A stretch of 64,000 nt of DNA from Myxococcota bacterium (GTDB taxonomy: Bacteria; Myxococcota_A; Polyangia; Nannocystales; Nannocystaceae): contig JBCCHT010000037.1 of NCBI GenBank assembly GCA_039028615.1, forward strand, positions 1-64,000, written 5' to 3'. A model generated the notes under the pieces. The model saw only the letters and a program-made list of their open reading frames with translations, searched no databases and had not been told where the DNA came from. The translations under genes and the position numbers were made by a program. Below, piece after piece: positions 62,667 to 64,000 of this stretch. Numbering within the stretch: the first letter of the stretch is position 1; every line of letters starts with the position of its first letter.

Positions 62667-63470
62667 TCAGCTGGGTCGGGGAGTGGTCGCGCCCGCGCGG
62701 ACGATGGCGAGGAACGAGGTGGGGTCCAACGATGCACCACCCACCAGGTACCCGTCGAGGTCTCCGGCGGCGATGAGGTCCGCTGCGTTACCGGGCTTGA
62801 CGCTACCACCGTAGAGGATGGATCTGTCGGCGCCCGCCGAACCGTAGCGCTCCTTCATCCATCCGCGGATGGTGCGGTGCATCTCGGCCGCCTGCTCGGG
62901 GCTCGCGGTGCGGCCGGTACCGATGGCCCAGACCGGCTCGTAGGCGATGACCAAACGCTCGTTCACCTGCTCGGGCGTCACTTTAGCGAGTGAGCCCGAA
63001 AGCTGCGAAATCACAGTGGCTTCGTGAGTGCCGGTGTCGCGGGCCTCGAGCTTCTCGCCGACGCACAGGACACAGACCAGACCGCCGGCCAGCGCGGCCG
63101 CGACCTTGTCGGCGACCACCTCGTCGGTCTCACCGTAGTAGGCCCGTCGCTCGGAGTGCCCCACGACTGCGCCTTCCACGCCCGCGTCTTGGAGCATGAG
63201 CGGGCCAACTTCGCCGGTAAACGCGCCCTGATCTTGTGCGCTCACGTCCTGGGCGAGCAGCCACGTCCCGTGGTCCGGGCGGGTGAAGGGGCGGGCCGAG
63301 GCGATCGAGAGATAGGGCGGCGCGATTCCCACGCGAACGTCACCCGCGCTCGGATCGAGCGTGCTCAGCGCATCCGGCAGGCCTTCGGCGAGGCCTTTGG
63401 CACAGGCCTCGGCCTCGGCGGGCCGATGGTTCTGCTTCCAGTTTCCAAGGATCCAGGTGGTACGGGCCAT
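62667..63470 (-). CDS. tpiA: Triosephosphate isomerase
   Basis: GNWK, GAFTGEV, GHSERR, AYEPVWAIGTG, LYGGSVKP, LVGGASL. Confidence 0.96.
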   Translation of the reverse strand: MARTTWILGNWKQNHRPAEAEACAKGLAEGLPDALSTLDPSAGDVRVGIAPPYLSIASARPFTRPDHGTWLLAQDVSAQDQGAFTGEVGPLMLQDAGVEGAVVGHSERRAYYGETDEVVADKVAAALAGGLVCVLCVGEKLEARDTGTHEATVISQLSGSLAKVTPEQVNERLVIAYEPVWAIGTGRTASPEQAAEMHRTIRGWMKERYGSAGADRSILYGGSVKPGNAADLIAAGDLDGYLVGGASLDPTSFLAIVRAGATTPRPS

Positions 63471-63476
63471 GGTGGA

Positions 63477-64000
63477 TCAGTCTTCCTTCTTCTGAAGAGC
63501 GGCGACGCCGGGGAGGGTCTTGCCCTCCAAGAATTCGAGGGACGCGCCCCCGCCGGTCGACACGTGGTCGATCTTGTCGGCGAGGCCCGACTGCTGGACC
63601 GCGGCCACGCTGTCGCCGCCACCGACGACGCAGAAGCCGGGGCTGGCCGCGACCGCCTTGGCGACCTCCAGCGTGCCTTGCGCGAATGCCGGGTTCTCGA
63701 ACAGCCCCATCGGTCCGTTCCAGACGAGCATCTTGGCGTTGGCGATGACGCTGGCGCAGCGGGCTGCGGTGGTCGGTCCCACGTCGAGGGCCATCTCGTT
63801 GTGGGCCAGGGGCCCGTCGGCGACCTGGTGCACGCGGGCCTCGGTGGTATCGAGGCCGGTGCCGACGCGCAGGTCGGTGGGCAGCACCACGTGGATGTCT
63901 CGAGCCGCGGCCTTGGTGATGACCGTCTGGGCATCCTTGACGCGGTCCGTCTCCATCAGCGATGCGCCGAGATCACGGTCCTGCGCGAGCAGGAAGGTGT
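63477..64000 (-). CDS. pgk: Phosphoglycerate kinase (3' part; 5' end outside the window)
   Basis: LDVGP, WNGPMGLFE, GGGDS, HVSTGGGASLEFLEGKTLPG. Confidence 0.95.
   Translation of the reverse strand, partial: TFLLAQDRDLGASLMETDRVKDAQTVITKAAARDIHVVLPTDLRVGTGLDTTEARVHQVADGPLAHNEMALDVGPTTAARCASVIANAKMLVWNGPMGLFENPAFAQGTLEVAKAVAASPGFCVVGGGDSVAAVQQSGLADKIDHVSTGGGASLEFLEGKTLPGVAALQKKED

Overview
High-GC chromosomal window (roughly 70% GC by eye), very likely from a myxobacterium: it has three eukaryote-like Ser/Thr kinases, an AgmX/PglI-type domain, 'CGNG..E.GEECDDGN' cysteine repeats and many lipoproteins. From left to right it holds: a Lys/Ala-rich histone-H1-like ORF; a shortened YgfK-like oxidoreductase divergent from xdhAB; a tightly coupled five-gene operon (two unknowns, a MoxR/RavA AAA+ ATPase, a vWA protein, a TPR/HEAT protein); a MATE transporter; envelope proteins and lipoproteins; a cystathionine beta-synthase / gamma-lyase pair, the lyase interrupted by one in-frame TAA; a futalosine-type menaquinone operon headed by a GbsR-family regulator; an HtrA protease; ubiD; four orphan genes; glnD; a TPR lipoprotein; a kinase; a ~1 kb intergenic region with an AT-rich 8-bp repeat array; guaB-guaA-ruvB; surface proteins; two more kinases; and pgk-tpiA-secG-dapF. 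The best candidates for new biology are (1) the MoxR/vWA operon, whose vWA has a non-canonical MIDAS site and whose last gene is a SNAP-like TPR+HEAT protein, (2) a catalytically dead, internally deleted MqnE paralogue and an MqnA-MqnC fusion in the menaquinone operon, (3) the YgfK variant lacking its NAD(P)H module, and (4) the 5x TTCAATTG array. No rRNA, tRNA, CRISPR array or transposase was recognised. All family calls come from motif recognition by eye, not database searches.
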